Below are positions 9,955 to 19,654 of a stretch of DNA of 64,000 nucleotides, in pieces. Below the pieces are notes generated by a model. That model made no database searches. It saw only the letters and a list, made by a program, of their open reading frames with translations, and was not told the origin of the DNA. Where the stretch lies: IMG/VR virus record IMGVR_UViG_3300008987_000001; one strand, 5' to 3'. How positions within the stretch are numbered: position 1 is the stretch's first letter; each line of letters begins with the position of its first letter. The DNA is from a virus. Its lineage: Duplodnaviria; Heunggongvirae; Uroviricota; Caudoviricetes. Made by a program: the position numbers and the translations under genes.

Positions 9955-11196
9955 TTATGCCCCCTCATAGCATAGCATACCTTTGGTAATTGTACTCACC
10001 ATATTATACTTCTTCATTTCCTCAATCTTATCATGGACCTGTGAGATGCTCATTTGACAAGTGTGGCATATATCATTGAGCGTTGATACTTTGATATACC
10101 ATCGTGATGGGTCACTCTCATCCTGAAATCCATAATCCTTAATTAGTTCTACGACTTGAATGAGATCTGGGCCCCTGTCAATATCCATTCTCCATTTATA
10201 CTCCTGCATAATAAGGTCATATAGTGCTTTGTCTTCCACATCCATTACCATGGTTGGTTCAACATGTCCCTTTGCTAGATGATATCCAAGGATCAATCGA
10301 TCATAACATGTATACATGTATGGAGCAATATCCAAGTCGGTATACATCTCAAATACACTGTAGTCATATTCGATCTTGTTTACTCTATCAAAGGTCGATG
10401 ACCAATCATTAATGGTTTCTGTCAATAATGTGGTTTTTTCCATATCTGGTCTTTTATTTCTTGAATCCCATATTGCTTTGCCAAGTTTCTTTTTTTGTTC
10501 TTTATTTGGAATATTAAGAAGGAAGCAGAGCCGACGACCAAGTCCATCTGCAAGATCGAACTTTGCTGGCTGAATTCCTCCCCAAAGAGTAAAGTATGTT
10601 TTATATGATATTGTAGGTCCACCAACTACGTCCTTGGCCAGATTCCCGTGATCCAGACCATTGAGTAACTGGGTTCCGAATTGTGTGTTAAAGTTTGATT
10701 TGAGTGCATCCATTAACGCTCTGAACTCATCAATAAGGATGAAATCCTGTGAATGCTTACGTGCTTCTCCTTCCCTCTCCACATACCTACCTTGCTGTGG
10801 AACATAAGAGCCTACGAATGTTGCTTCATTCATATTACTCTTCATGTTCATTGAATGGTTGGCATTGGCAAAGATCGCATACTCATCGCCACCCATTTGT
10901 GACAAAAAATATGATTTCATTCCACCGGGAGGTGCTACAAACACAATGTGTAGCCGTAAGTTAGGCAAACGTTTAGATTCCCAGTATACTTTACGGCCCT
11001 GATTCATTAGATTGAATGCATGCATTGCATAACTACATACATAGTATGGTGCATAGGTCTCGTAAGCGAGCGTTTCACGGGACTTCAACTCATCGAGAAC
11101 CATTTGCATGATATCAGGGTTATCTTCCAAAAAAATCGACCTCGGGATAAAGGTTGGTATTGAAGATATATATAAGTGATGGATCGTGTGATTCAT
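9955..11196 (-). CDS. P-loop-NTPase-like protein with a deviant Walker A (APPGGMKS) and Walker B (FILIDEF)
   Basis: Motif inspection only. Function unknown (helicase/packaging-like?). Confidence 0.3.
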   Translation of the reverse strand: MNHTIHHLYISSIPTFIPRSIFLEDNPDIMQMVLDELKSRETLAYETYAPYYVCSYAMHAFNLMNQGRKVYWESKRLPNLRLHIVFVAPPGGMKSYFLSQMGGDEYAIFANANHSMNMKSNMNEATFVGSYVPQQGRYVEREGEARKHSQDFILIDEFRALMDALKSNFNTQFGTQLLNGLDHGNLAKDVVGGPTISYKTYFTLWGGIQPAKFDLADGLGRRLCFLLNIPNKEQKKKLGKAIWDSRNKRPDMEKTTLLTETINDWSSTFDRVNKIEYDYSVFEMYTDLDIAPYMYTCYDRLILGYHLAKGHVEPTMVMDVEDKALYDLIMQEYKWRMDIDRGPDLIQVVELIKDYGFQDESDPSRWYIKVSTLNDICHTCQMSISQVHDKIEEMKKYNMVSTITKGMLCYEGA

Positions 11197-11250
11197 TATA
11201 TAAAAGTGGAGAGTAAAGATTTTACAATTTTGAAAAATAGAAGTGAGGTA

Positions 11251-12159
11251 TTATACGGTGGATTGGATGGGTGTAGCACTGGTTATTGGCATGTTTCCTA
11301 CCAATGGGAGACCATTGCTACCAACTGGAATAAAGTATGTATCACCGGCACGTTCCTTCATCATTTCAATGGTATACCATTCGATATATGAAGGTGTAAT
11401 ACTGTTACTGATGATACAATTTGCATCAGCGATACCATTTGCTTCCGCAACCTTACGCTGTGCTTCCATCTGTTCTTTCTGGACTTCAAAGGACTTCTGT
11501 TGAATCTGCTGTTCCATTTGCTGTTTTGCTTCAATAGCATCAATCACTTTCTGGGGTAATGTAGTTGAGCGCAACAATACCGTTTCAACTATGATACCAC
11601 GTTCTAACAATGGAACTTCAATAGCACGCTGAATCTTTGAACTGATGTTTGTACGGTCACCAGAGTAGATAGATTTTGCATCATAAGTGGCAATTACATC
11701 ACGAATAGCAGAACGCACTTCCGGATCAATGATAACATCTTTGTATCCAAGTCCAATTGTTTTGTAGATTTCTGGGGCTTTAGATGGATCAATACGATAG
11801 TTAAGTGACATATCACATGCACAAGATAGCCCTTCGGCGGTTAATACTTGTGCTTGCTGTGTATCAACCTGAGTTTTTACATCAAATGGAATAATACCAG
11901 TGATAAATGGTGTCACAACGTGGATACCTGCTTGGAGTGGCTGATCATTAACGGTACCAAATATGTTTACTACACCTACTTCGCCGGGATTAATGATAAC
12001 AAAGCAATTGGTGATAAATAGCAGAATCAATCCACCAATTCCAATAAGAAACAGTTTCATAGCAAGGTCTTTGGAGCCGTCAAAAAGTGCCATAAATCCA
12101 AGACCAATTCCTAAGATTAACATAAGAACCGCAATTATTTCAAGTATAAATAACAACAT
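11251..12159 (-). CDS. SPFH / band-7 (prohibitin-stomatin-like) membrane protein
   Basis: Two N-terminal TM helices followed by an SPFH-like core and a Q/E-rich coiled coil (AIEAKQQMEQQIQQKSFEVQKEQMEAQRKVAEA). Confidence 0.55.
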   Translation of the reverse strand: MLLFILEIIAVLMLILGIGLGFMALFDGSKDLAMKLFLIGIGGLILLFITNCFVIINPGEVGVVNIFGTVNDQPLQAGIHVVTPFITGIIPFDVKTQVDTQQAQVLTAEGLSCACDMSLNYRIDPSKAPEIYKTIGLGYKDVIIDPEVRSAIRDVIATYDAKSIYSGDRTNISSKIQRAIEVPLLERGIIVETVLLRSTTLPQKVIDAIEAKQQMEQQIQQKSFEVQKEQMEAQRKVAEANGIADANCIISNSITPSYIEWYTIEMMKERAGDTYFIPVGSNGLPLVGNMPITSATPIQSTV

Positions 12160-12495
12160 ATTAAATCATGAGTTGTATATAATAACAACTCGACATTATA
12201 ATAAGTTAAAATAGTAAATAAAGGTATCTGAACATTGAAATTTACAAAATTAAATGGATGAAATTTTATTGTAGTGATCCTTTGCATCAGTTGTACACAA
12301 GTTCATACGAGTGATCTTGTTACGTACCGATCCTTTGTCTCGATACATTATCTGTGCAATGTCTGGGGCAGTGCATCGATTAATCAAGTATAGTTTTGAT
12401 AATAATTGTTCATCTTCTTTTGTCCACTTCATACATATATATTGGATTTATTGAGTTATATAATGTGTGATTGGTTAATTTCTAAAAAAATAGTG

Positions 12496-13185
12496 TTATA
12501 CCATCCAGTCATTTGATGTGCCCTTTATCATGTCTTTGATTCGTCGTTCCTTAACTTTTCCAATGCCTTTGATACATGATAAATCAGCACTTGCGATGTA
12601 TGTTAAATCTGTACCATATGCATCGCGGATTGCACGCCACTGGACCAGTGTAATGTTTAAGAATCGTGCCATCAGTGCATCACAATTTCGATGTGCAACT
12701 AAATCCAAGTTACCTTCACACACCTTCATGCCTACCTTGATAGATCTCTTGAGCCCATTATATTTATCTGTATCAATGAGAACCCGAATATTGTAACGAG
12801 TCATGACACTTGCAATAATCCCATCGAACACATCAGGATCAATGTGCATCTTCTTATACTTCTTCATCTTGTTAACATAGTCAGTAACTGACCCAGTAAT
12901 GAGAAGCACTACAACGCTATCTGTTTCATGGGTAATAAGCCTTGAACATTGTGCGGGGAATCTGCCGGGTTTACCCTTCGATCCCATAACACTCCCATAG
13001 AGGTCGCCAATATCTTTCCTTTCAATAATGACCTTTGTATTTTTGTCATTTTCGCAACAAATGAGGATGTCGCCTTCCTTGAGGGCTTTCTGTTCAATGG
13101 TAAGTTTTGGAAACTGTTTAATTATCCAGTTACGGAGTTCCTGTGGTTCACGTGTATCAAGTGTGATGATCAAATAGTCACCCAC
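12496..13185 (-). CDS. Short-form XPF/Mus81-type ERCC4 nuclease with C-terminal helix-hairpin-helix
   Basis: GDIL-x10-VIIERKDIGDL matches the GDxn-ERKxxxD signature. C-terminal LSCIKGIGKVKERRI is an HhH. 229 aa like crenarchaeal short XPF. Confidence 0.55.
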   Translation of the reverse strand: MGDYLIITLDTREPQELRNWIIKQFPKLTIEQKALKEGDILICCENDKNTKVIIERKDIGDLYGSVMGSKGKPGRFPAQCSRLITHETDSVVVLLITGSVTDYVNKMKKYKKMHIDPDVFDGIIASVMTRYNIRVLIDTDKYNGLKRSIKVGMKVCEGNLDLVAHRNCDALMARFLNITLVQWRAIRDAYGTDLTYIASADLSCIKGIGKVKERRIKDMIKGTSNDWMV

Positions 13186-13500
13186 TTATATATTGCTTGA
13201 CAAGTGCCAATTGATCGAACTGACTCATCCAATCTACCCACAATCCCATATCTTGTAACCATCTAACCAGATCAATAAGAATTACTGGTGGTGCATATCC
13301 ATCCAAAAGATATTGCCTATGATATACAATGTCTACATCGATTTCATCTGAAATCCACATGCCATTCTCGAAGTGTCCAACATATTGATCTATAAAATCA
13401 TTCACACACATGGAACAGGTTTTTTGTTTAAAATAGTTTGAAGATTCAGTAATAATGTGTAATACATATATGGGAGAATCCATATAACGTATTTGGGTTG

Positions 13501-13513
13501 CTTATATATAAGG
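13501..13513 (-). promoter_or_regulatory. TATA-like box CTTATATATAAGG about 20-30 nt upstream of ORF 13178-13483
   Basis: Recurrent motif; see findings. Confidence 0.4.
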
Positions 13514-13514
13514 G

Positions 13515-13985
13515 TTATGGGTAATGTTGATCGGTAGTATATAATGATGATACATAACTTTCATATAATTCATGTGGATCAAATATTGTGTATCTTGTTA
13601 TAACTTTTTCGATTCCAGCATTAATAAGTAACTTGGTACATTGGAAACATGGCCTTGGAATTATTTCACGCATGCCTTTAACATCCCACCCATATAAATA
13701 CATAACACACCCATATGATAGTCTCCCCGCTTGAATCAGAGCATTAGCTTCGCCGTGATTCGATTTACAAAGTAGATAATCGCTTCCTTGTGGAATATTT
13801 AACTCATCACGTAAGCACTTACCGTACACATCACAATGTATTTTACCAGTTGGTACTCCATTATAACCAGTACTCAATATATGACGATGGGAATCGACGA
13901 TAACAGCACCATAACGTCTCCTTAAACAAGTTGATTGTCGGGCACATGCTTCGGCCACTTCAAGGAAGAATTGACTATCATTCAT
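13515..13985 (-). CDS. dCMP deaminase (zinc-dependent cytidine/deoxycytidylate deaminase family)
   Basis: HGEANAL ... PCFQC zinc-ligand motifs. 156 aa. Confidence 0.7.
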   Translation of the reverse strand: MNDSQFFLEVAEACARQSTCLRRRYGAVIVDSHRHILSTGYNGVPTGKIHCDVYGKCLRDELNIPQGSDYLLCKSNHGEANALIQAGRLSYGCVMYLYGWDVKGMREIIPRPCFQCTKLLINAGIEKVITRYTIFDPHELYESYVSSLYTTDQHYP

Positions 13986-14061
13986 CGAGATATATGCGTT
14001 ATGCCAATATAAAATATTATCGTTACATTTAAAAATATAAAAGTGTATAGGTCATTCAAAC

Positions 14062-14538
14062 TTATTGATATTTCTCAACTTCTTCGTCGATCCATTGATA
14101 AATGCCCTGCTGATCTACCTGACTATCGTTGAAGTCTTTTGGTGACATATCCAGCCCCTCATTCCAATGATTCCCTGGTATATAACTTGGGTGATACTGA
14201 AGATGCCAATATGATACATTATTCACATTCACACCCATCATACGATTAAAGTAACATAACTTACGATGCCACCATGAATTCGTTGCAATGAGATACATCA
14301 TCCATTTAATCAGGTTGTTAAAGGCAATGTAATTTGGATTCTCTGGATCATTCTCATAACATCGTACATTACCAAGGATCTCCTTCAGAATAAATAGATC
14401 AGTTGCCCTGTAATACTTGTCATACTTCTCTTGTGACTGGGCACATGAATCCAATTCACGAAGTAAATCATCAGATATAGTAATTGTTGAGAGGAATTTG
14501 ACTATGGGATCAATAGATACATCATTATCATCATTCAC
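14062..14538 (-). CDS. Hypothetical protein
   Basis: 158-aa ORF with no recognisable motif. Confidence 0.3.
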   Translation of the reverse strand: MNDDNDVSIDPIVKFLSTITISDDLLRELDSCAQSQEKYDKYYRATDLFILKEILGNVRCYENDPENPNYIAFNNLIKWMMYLIATNSWWHRKLCYFNRMMGVNVNNVSYWHLQYHPSYIPGNHWNEGLDMSPKDFNDSQVDQQGIYQWIDEEVEKYQ

Positions 14539-14754
14539 AAGTCTTCACCTTGGCATCTACAAATATAGTAAGATTTACACTATCTGGTGCAGTTATGTCT
14601 ATATTATTTATAATAACTGTACGCTCAACTTTGTCAAAAATATGATCTATATAAAATGTATTTATGAGATTCTCACCAATATATAAATTTACAATCTTCT
14701 CATCTGGTATAATTTCATATCTTGTTTTCATTACAACTCTCCATTATATACTAT

Positions 14755-15453
14755 TCAAAATCTCCAGCCGAACATTGCATTACAAAATTTGCCACGTTTC
14801 TTTGGGAACCAATTATTCGGATTAAATGTTTCATCATCTTTCCAGTGATCAGCATTATTTGCAATAAATATCAGGCACATATTGATAGTGCGTCTAACAA
14901 ACATATCAGTTTTATATCTCTTGATTGCAATTCTAAATGCCCCATCAATCCATACTTTCGATCTCAATCGCTTATCATTGACCTTCCACCATCGATACAG
15001 ACCTTCCAATATCGCTGAATGCTCCTGATCAACAGTTTTGACTTTCCGTAACTTATCAACGTTAGATACAAGAAATGAGACCATGCCACCAAGTCGTTCA
15101 AAATAAGCACTATCATTACGATATACTGCAATGGCCATAAGAGCAGCATTCTCTACATTTTTAATGGCTTTCTCATCCTTTGCCTTGTCATTGTATACAC
15201 CGGTGAGATACTTTGCACTCATACCTCTCCAGTTATTGAGCATGGCCATGAGAAAGTCCTCACCCTTAACATACCCACCATCACCGGGTTCACAAATCGC
15301 CCATTTCTCATTTACAGGAAGTTCCGACAGTTCATCGAGTAAGCCCCCAGTTTTGTCCACATCACCTTCGATAATGCCCCTAATTTTATCCTTGGTAGTA
15401 ATGTGAAATAGAAAGGCTTCCTTCTCTACCCATTTACCATCAGAAAACTTCAT
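14755..15453 (-). CDS. Hypothetical protein (232 aa)
   Basis: Long ORF, no recognisable motif. Confidence 0.3.
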   Translation of the reverse strand: MKFSDGKWVEKEAFLFHITTKDKIRGIIEGDVDKTGGLLDELSELPVNEKWAICEPGDGGYVKGEDFLMAMLNNWRGMSAKYLTGVYNDKAKDEKAIKNVENAALMAIAVYRNDSAYFERLGGMVSFLVSNVDKLRKVKTVDQEHSAILEGLYRWWKVNDKRLRSKVWIDGAFRIAIKRYKTDMFVRRTINMCLIFIANNADHWKDDETFNPNNWFPKKRGKFCNAMFGWRF

Positions 15454-15544
15454 CTAATATAAACCTCTCGCATTGATTTATATATAAGATTGAAGATGTA
15501 TATATAAGTTTTGTTAAAAAAAGAATGTTATGGGAATGCTACAA

Positions 15545-15832
15545 TTACTCACTTACCCCATACTTATCAAACACCCTATCTAATTTCATTAGCATCACTT
15601 GTTCAATCTCACCAGTATCTATTCCATACATAAGTTCGATCTGCTTAAGTAGTAAGTATACATCGCTTATCTCTTCAGTGATCTCGCTATTAGTGCGCTT
15701 ATATCCATTCTCATAGTTTAATATTGCTTTATTTAGTTCACCAACTTCCTCACCAAGTTTTACCACCTGATGAAGTCTGCCAAAATGTTCAATGATCTTA
15801 TACAATTTGCTGGTTACGGATGGAATAGTCAT
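15545..15832 (-). CDS. MazG-like nucleoside triphosphate pyrophosphohydrolase
   Basis: EEVGELNKAI (E-E-x-x-E-L motif) in a 95-aa all-alpha protein. Confidence 0.5.
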   Translation of the reverse strand: MTIPSVTSKLYKIIEHFGRLHQVVKLGEEVGELNKAILNYENGYKRTNSEITEEISDVYLLLKQIELMYGIDTGEIEQVMLMKLDRVFDKYGVSE

Positions 15833-16043
15833 GTTAATAATTGGTTAGGTTACGATGGATCAAGTCCTCAAATATCATCTCGATATGCACATCATTTCGA
15901 TCAGATACACGTTTAGCATGCTCATACAATGAAAAAAGGTCATCTCGGTACTCCGGAGTGTGATATGTGTATAATGCCATTAGTATGGACTCCTCCCAGA
16001 GGCTATACAATATACAATTCATTACCTTATATAATAGTGGTGT

Positions 16044-16454
16044 TCAGATGTATTCAAACACCTTGAGAATTATTGCAGCAACAGCACTGGCCAGACTAAC
16101 AAGAACTGCTGCAATCTTTGCTTTTGCTCCATTTGACATCTCACTCTGTTGTTTAATGAGTTCAATTTCCTGACATTGAGCAGCATCAGCCGCATGCATC
16201 TGTTCTTTTATCTCGCCCTTTAACTCTGACATTTCAGTACGTAGATTTGCCATCTCTGTTCGTGATAACATAATATCAGCATGAGATGCATTCATCTCCT
16301 GCCTGAATGTATTGAGGTCTTCCCGAAGTGCTGCTATATCACCACAGACCTTATCATTTTCACGTTTCGCATTCTCATCTACACCCTTTATGGTATCACT
16401 AACCATATCAATGAGATCTTTCCATGATGGTTGTTCAGGCATTTTTAACTCCAA
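16044..16454 (-). CDS. Coiled-coil protein with C-terminal transmembrane anchor
   Basis: Charged heptads then AKIAAVLVSLASAVAAIILKVF. Confidence 0.35.
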   Translation of the reverse strand: MELKMPEQPSWKDLIDMVSDTIKGVDENAKRENDKVCGDIAALREDLNTFRQEMNASHADIMLSRTEMANLRTEMSELKGEIKEQMHAADAAQCQEIELIKQQSEMSNGAKAKIAAVLVSLASAVAAIILKVFEYI

Positions 16455-16516
16455 CCGAGTGCATTTTTATTTTATTAAATGGATAATTATCAACCATACA
16501 TTTCACACCAATTCAA

Positions 16517-17560
16517 TCATGTAATCGCAGTTATTACCTCACGAGCGACATGATAAAACACTTCCTTGCCATCCCACAGACCCTTAATCACCCTACTATC
16601 AACTCGAATGGATTCACCTTTACTACTAACCAATTTTGTCATACAGTGGTATCGTTCATCACGAATCATGTCACCAAGCACCTGTATAATACTTGAACAA
16701 TCACCTACCTCATGGACAATAGTAATTGACTGACCAATCAGATTCCCATTAGGATAGCCAAGCCTCATTCTCACCGCATCATTTATTGCAAGTATACTAC
16801 CTTCAAGACCCACAACAAAAATCATATCGGTCATTTTATTAAAAAGAGTGCGAAAGTTTTCACGTTCAAGATCCAACTGTTGTTGTGATGATTCAAGTGA
16901 TGAGATTGTATGCATTAAACTATCATTTGAAGTTCTCAATTCTTCTCCATGAACTTCAAGATCCATGACCTTTGCTTCTAATTCCTGCTCAACTTCGAAT
17001 CTATATAATACATGCCCGAGATGTTTTCCAAGGGTTCTTAATATATCACATACATCATCAGAGATTTCAATATCATTAAATGCCCCAATATTGATACAAC
17101 CCTTTACTGCATTATTATACAGAATTGGAACAGATATTAGTGTTTTAATACCACCGAGCAATGATGCAGTTTCCTGATACTTCTGATCATAATGCTTAAC
17201 ATAAACTGGTTTTCCAAACTGAAATAATTCACGGAGTTCCGGACGCTCTATACATATTCGATTCAACGTTTCAATAGCATGAACAGGAACAAACTTTGTT
17301 GCCACGACCTCTGCTCTACGTTCATGAATTAAGTAGATGCCCCCAATATCAAAATTGACAAAATCTATTGCTGCTTCTAGTATACCCTGAACCAACTCTT
17401 TTTGAGTCTTTGATTCATTCGCCTTGACAATAATCCCATTAAATACTTTAAGACGACGATGTTCACGAGATATAACAGAATCCTTCTCATACAATTGATG
17501 AGACAGGCTTTTTATATTATTTATTTGTTCCGCAATCGCCATCGACATTAGCAAAGACAT
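16517..17560 (-). CDS. GAF + PAS sensor-domain protein lacking an obvious output domain
   Basis: N-terminal GAF-like region and a C-terminal PAS-like segment (MTDMIFVVGLEGSILAINDAVRMRLGYPNGNLIGQSITIVHE...). Confidence 0.5.
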   Translation of the reverse strand: MSLLMSMAIAEQINNIKSLSHQLYEKDSVISREHRRLKVFNGIIVKANESKTQKELVQGILEAAIDFVNFDIGGIYLIHERRAEVVATKFVPVHAIETLNRICIERPELRELFQFGKPVYVKHYDQKYQETASLLGGIKTLISVPILYNNAVKGCINIGAFNDIEISDDVCDILRTLGKHLGHVLYRFEVEQELEAKVMDLEVHGEELRTSNDSLMHTISSLESSQQQLDLERENFRTLFNKMTDMIFVVGLEGSILAINDAVRMRLGYPNGNLIGQSITIVHEVGDCSSIIQVLGDMIRDERYHCMTKLVSSKGESIRVDSRVIKGLWDGKEVFYHVAREVITAIT

Positions 17561-17632
17561 ACCGATTTGCAGTATATAAAATGTATGGGTTCACTGTTAC
17601 ACACAATAATTATATAGAAGGAGGATCAATCT

Positions 17633-17697
17633 TATGGTGCCCAAACGGTAAGAATAACCAGGGGAAGAAATCCTTCTCCTGTTGTTTTTATCAAGCA
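17633..17697 (+). repeat. Intergenic structured repeat, copy B (TTATGGTGCCCAAACGG ... hairpin ... TTGTTTTTATCAAGCAT), antisense to both flanking genes
   Basis: See findings. Confidence 0.5.
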
Positions 17698-17758
17698 TCC
17701 AAGGTGGGCCTGTTTTAATCTGTTATTTGCGTAAAAAAAGAAAATATTAGTAGAATCA

Positions 17759-18508
17759 TTATGCTATCTGTTTTGTAACAGTTCCAATTATTTGATTTCG
17801 TTTTCTATTACAAAGTTCGGTCAACTTTTCAAATCTCTGATCGTAATTTAACCCGGCTTCTATTAATCCAGAATCCATCCGTTGTAAGTATTCAATTAAT
17901 TGAAGTTCCGTAGATGATGCAAAGTCTCTTTGGTTTCCACCAAAATCCATAGCACGCTTTCCGAATACAATTAAGTTTAACATATCCGCTTCTTCGGTAA
18001 ATGCATAGTATGGATTCTTTTTATTTGCTTCAAATTCAGGGACTATCTTTTCTTTTACGGATTCTACAAGGAATTTATATCCATTTGCTGCCATAATTCT
18101 CTGAATATCCCATGCTTCTTTCCGCTCCACTCCATTTTCATATGCTTTGATAACTTCGAGCTCAAATTCTGGAGAAAGCCACATTGCAAATTTCATTGCA
18201 ACATACTTATGTGCATATGTACCACCACCGTATCTACCACGCTTTGTTTTGATTGCTAGGTAGAACCGTCTTGGATCTAATTCCCACCTCTGGGTGGTAT
18301 TTACATCATCATGATTTAGCATAGATTCTACCACAGTTAAAAATTCTTTCGTCTGTGGAGTTTTCATCCAAACGTCAATTCTGCGTCCTGGAAAAAATGA
18401 TACCATATCATTTAAGTTGAAATATCCATCTGGATCAATGTGGATCCTATTGATAAAATTTTGATACTCAACTTGAACTTCTAGTGCTTTCTTCAAGTTC
18501 ATATACAT
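17759..18508 (-). CDS. KilA-N (APSES-type) DNA-binding domain protein
   Basis: N-terminal DPDGYFNLNDMVSFFPGRRIDVWMKTPQTKEFL resembles the KilA-N core (GY.N.. .C...G.....W......L). Confidence 0.45.
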   Translation of the reverse strand: MYMNLKKALEVQVEYQNFINRIHIDPDGYFNLNDMVSFFPGRRIDVWMKTPQTKEFLTVVESMLNHDDVNTTQRWELDPRRFYLAIKTKRGRYGGGTYAHKYVAMKFAMWLSPEFELEVIKAYENGVERKEAWDIQRIMAANGYKFLVESVKEKIVPEFEANKKNPYYAFTEEADMLNLIVFGKRAMDFGGNQRDFASSTELQLIEYLQRMDSGLIEAGLNYDQRFEKLTELCNRKRNQIIGTVTKQIA

Positions 18509-18571
18509 GAAGAAAAATTACCTATATTTAAAAGTAGTGTGTAAATAGTATTTAAAAAATATATTTACTAA

Positions 18572-18946
18572 CTAGTCTCTAAACATCCAAGTCATGTCGT
18601 ACGATCTGCCGTCCAAGTAATCCTCGCAGAATTGGGCTGCTTCTACTGGTTCGTAGCCTTTGCAACTGAATATGTCGATGAAGGTGCGGCCATCAAACTC
18701 ACTGAAATGCATGGTTATTGATGATGTGTGGATGAATTGCATGGCGCTATAACCGACCAGATCGCCTTCGCCAAAACGTTCAATGTAGGGCTCACCATGT
18801 GGTTCCATGTCAATATATTCAACCAGATCGAGGACAAAATCTCGAATGAATGATGCATCTGTTATCTTATCAAGATCGCAATCGTGAATGGTGAGCATTG
18901 TTGAAAGGCCCCAATGTCCTTCGTCATAAAACTGTTTGGTAATCAT
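18572..18946 (-). CDS. S-adenosylmethionine decarboxylase proenzyme (small pyruvoyl-dependent SpeH/SpeD-like class)
   Basis: LTIHDCD near the N-terminus and GYSAMQFIHTSSITMHFSEF...FIDIFSCKGY match the LAESHISIHTWPE...VDVFTCG pattern. 124 aa. Confidence 0.5.
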   Translation of the reverse strand: MITKQFYDEGHWGLSTMLTIHDCDLDKITDASFIRDFVLDLVEYIDMEPHGEPYIERFGEGDLVGYSAMQFIHTSSITMHFSEFDGRTFIDIFSCKGYEPVEAAQFCEDYLDGRSYDMTWMFRD

Positions 18947-18994
18947 TAGGACGAATTATATCCACATATATATAAAAGTAATGTGTGTTATGAT

Positions 18995-19252
18995 CTAATT
19001 ATATTTTTTATGCGTATCATAGATCATTTTCCATGTAGCGTACTCATCATGCATTCCAATGGCATTGAATATGAAGTAGCCACCAAACAAAATCAGGTAT
19101 GAGATATTTGCAGTGCAGATCCCAAGGGTTAGCCAGCCAATGTTACCAAGTATTGAGATGTAGAAACCCGTGAATCGCATCTCATGACGGGATACACATG
19201 CCATACCAAGAATACTGATGGCTGACAATACCAGTTCGATCATCAGAACCAC
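18995..19252 (-). CDS. Small membrane protein (2-3 TM), holin-like?
   Basis: Hydrophobic 85-aa ORF. An adjacent 61-aa two-TM ORF lies at 19243-19428. Confidence 0.25.
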   Translation of the reverse strand: MVLMIELVLSAISILGMACVSRHEMRFTGFYISILGNIGWLTLGICTANISYLILFGGYFIFNAIGMHDEYATWKMIYDTHKKYN

Positions 19253-19654
19253 ACAGCATATTTATGGAGGATGTAGAGGTTTCGCATAAATGAATAGATA
19301 ATAAGAGCGAGCCAAAATATCCCAGGAATAAGCATGGCTCCGCATAATGCTGCGAGGAATATAATCAGGGCAACTTCCATACAAGACAGCCCAAAAGAAA
19401 TGATGATGGTTAAAATATGATCAAGCATGAATGATCCACTCCTTTACATTTTATATAACCCGCATTTACACCGACCCGTCTCAACGTGTTCTTTACATGG
19501 ACATACATTATCAGGGATGCGTTCAACCTTACATGGGCAATATGCAGCACCATACTTCTTATAATTACGACGAAGTGCTTCAATTATGCGCAATACCCGT
19601 GCCCCATCATCATTTAGTGCCCAGTCAGTCACCTTAAAATTGAAAAAATCATAT

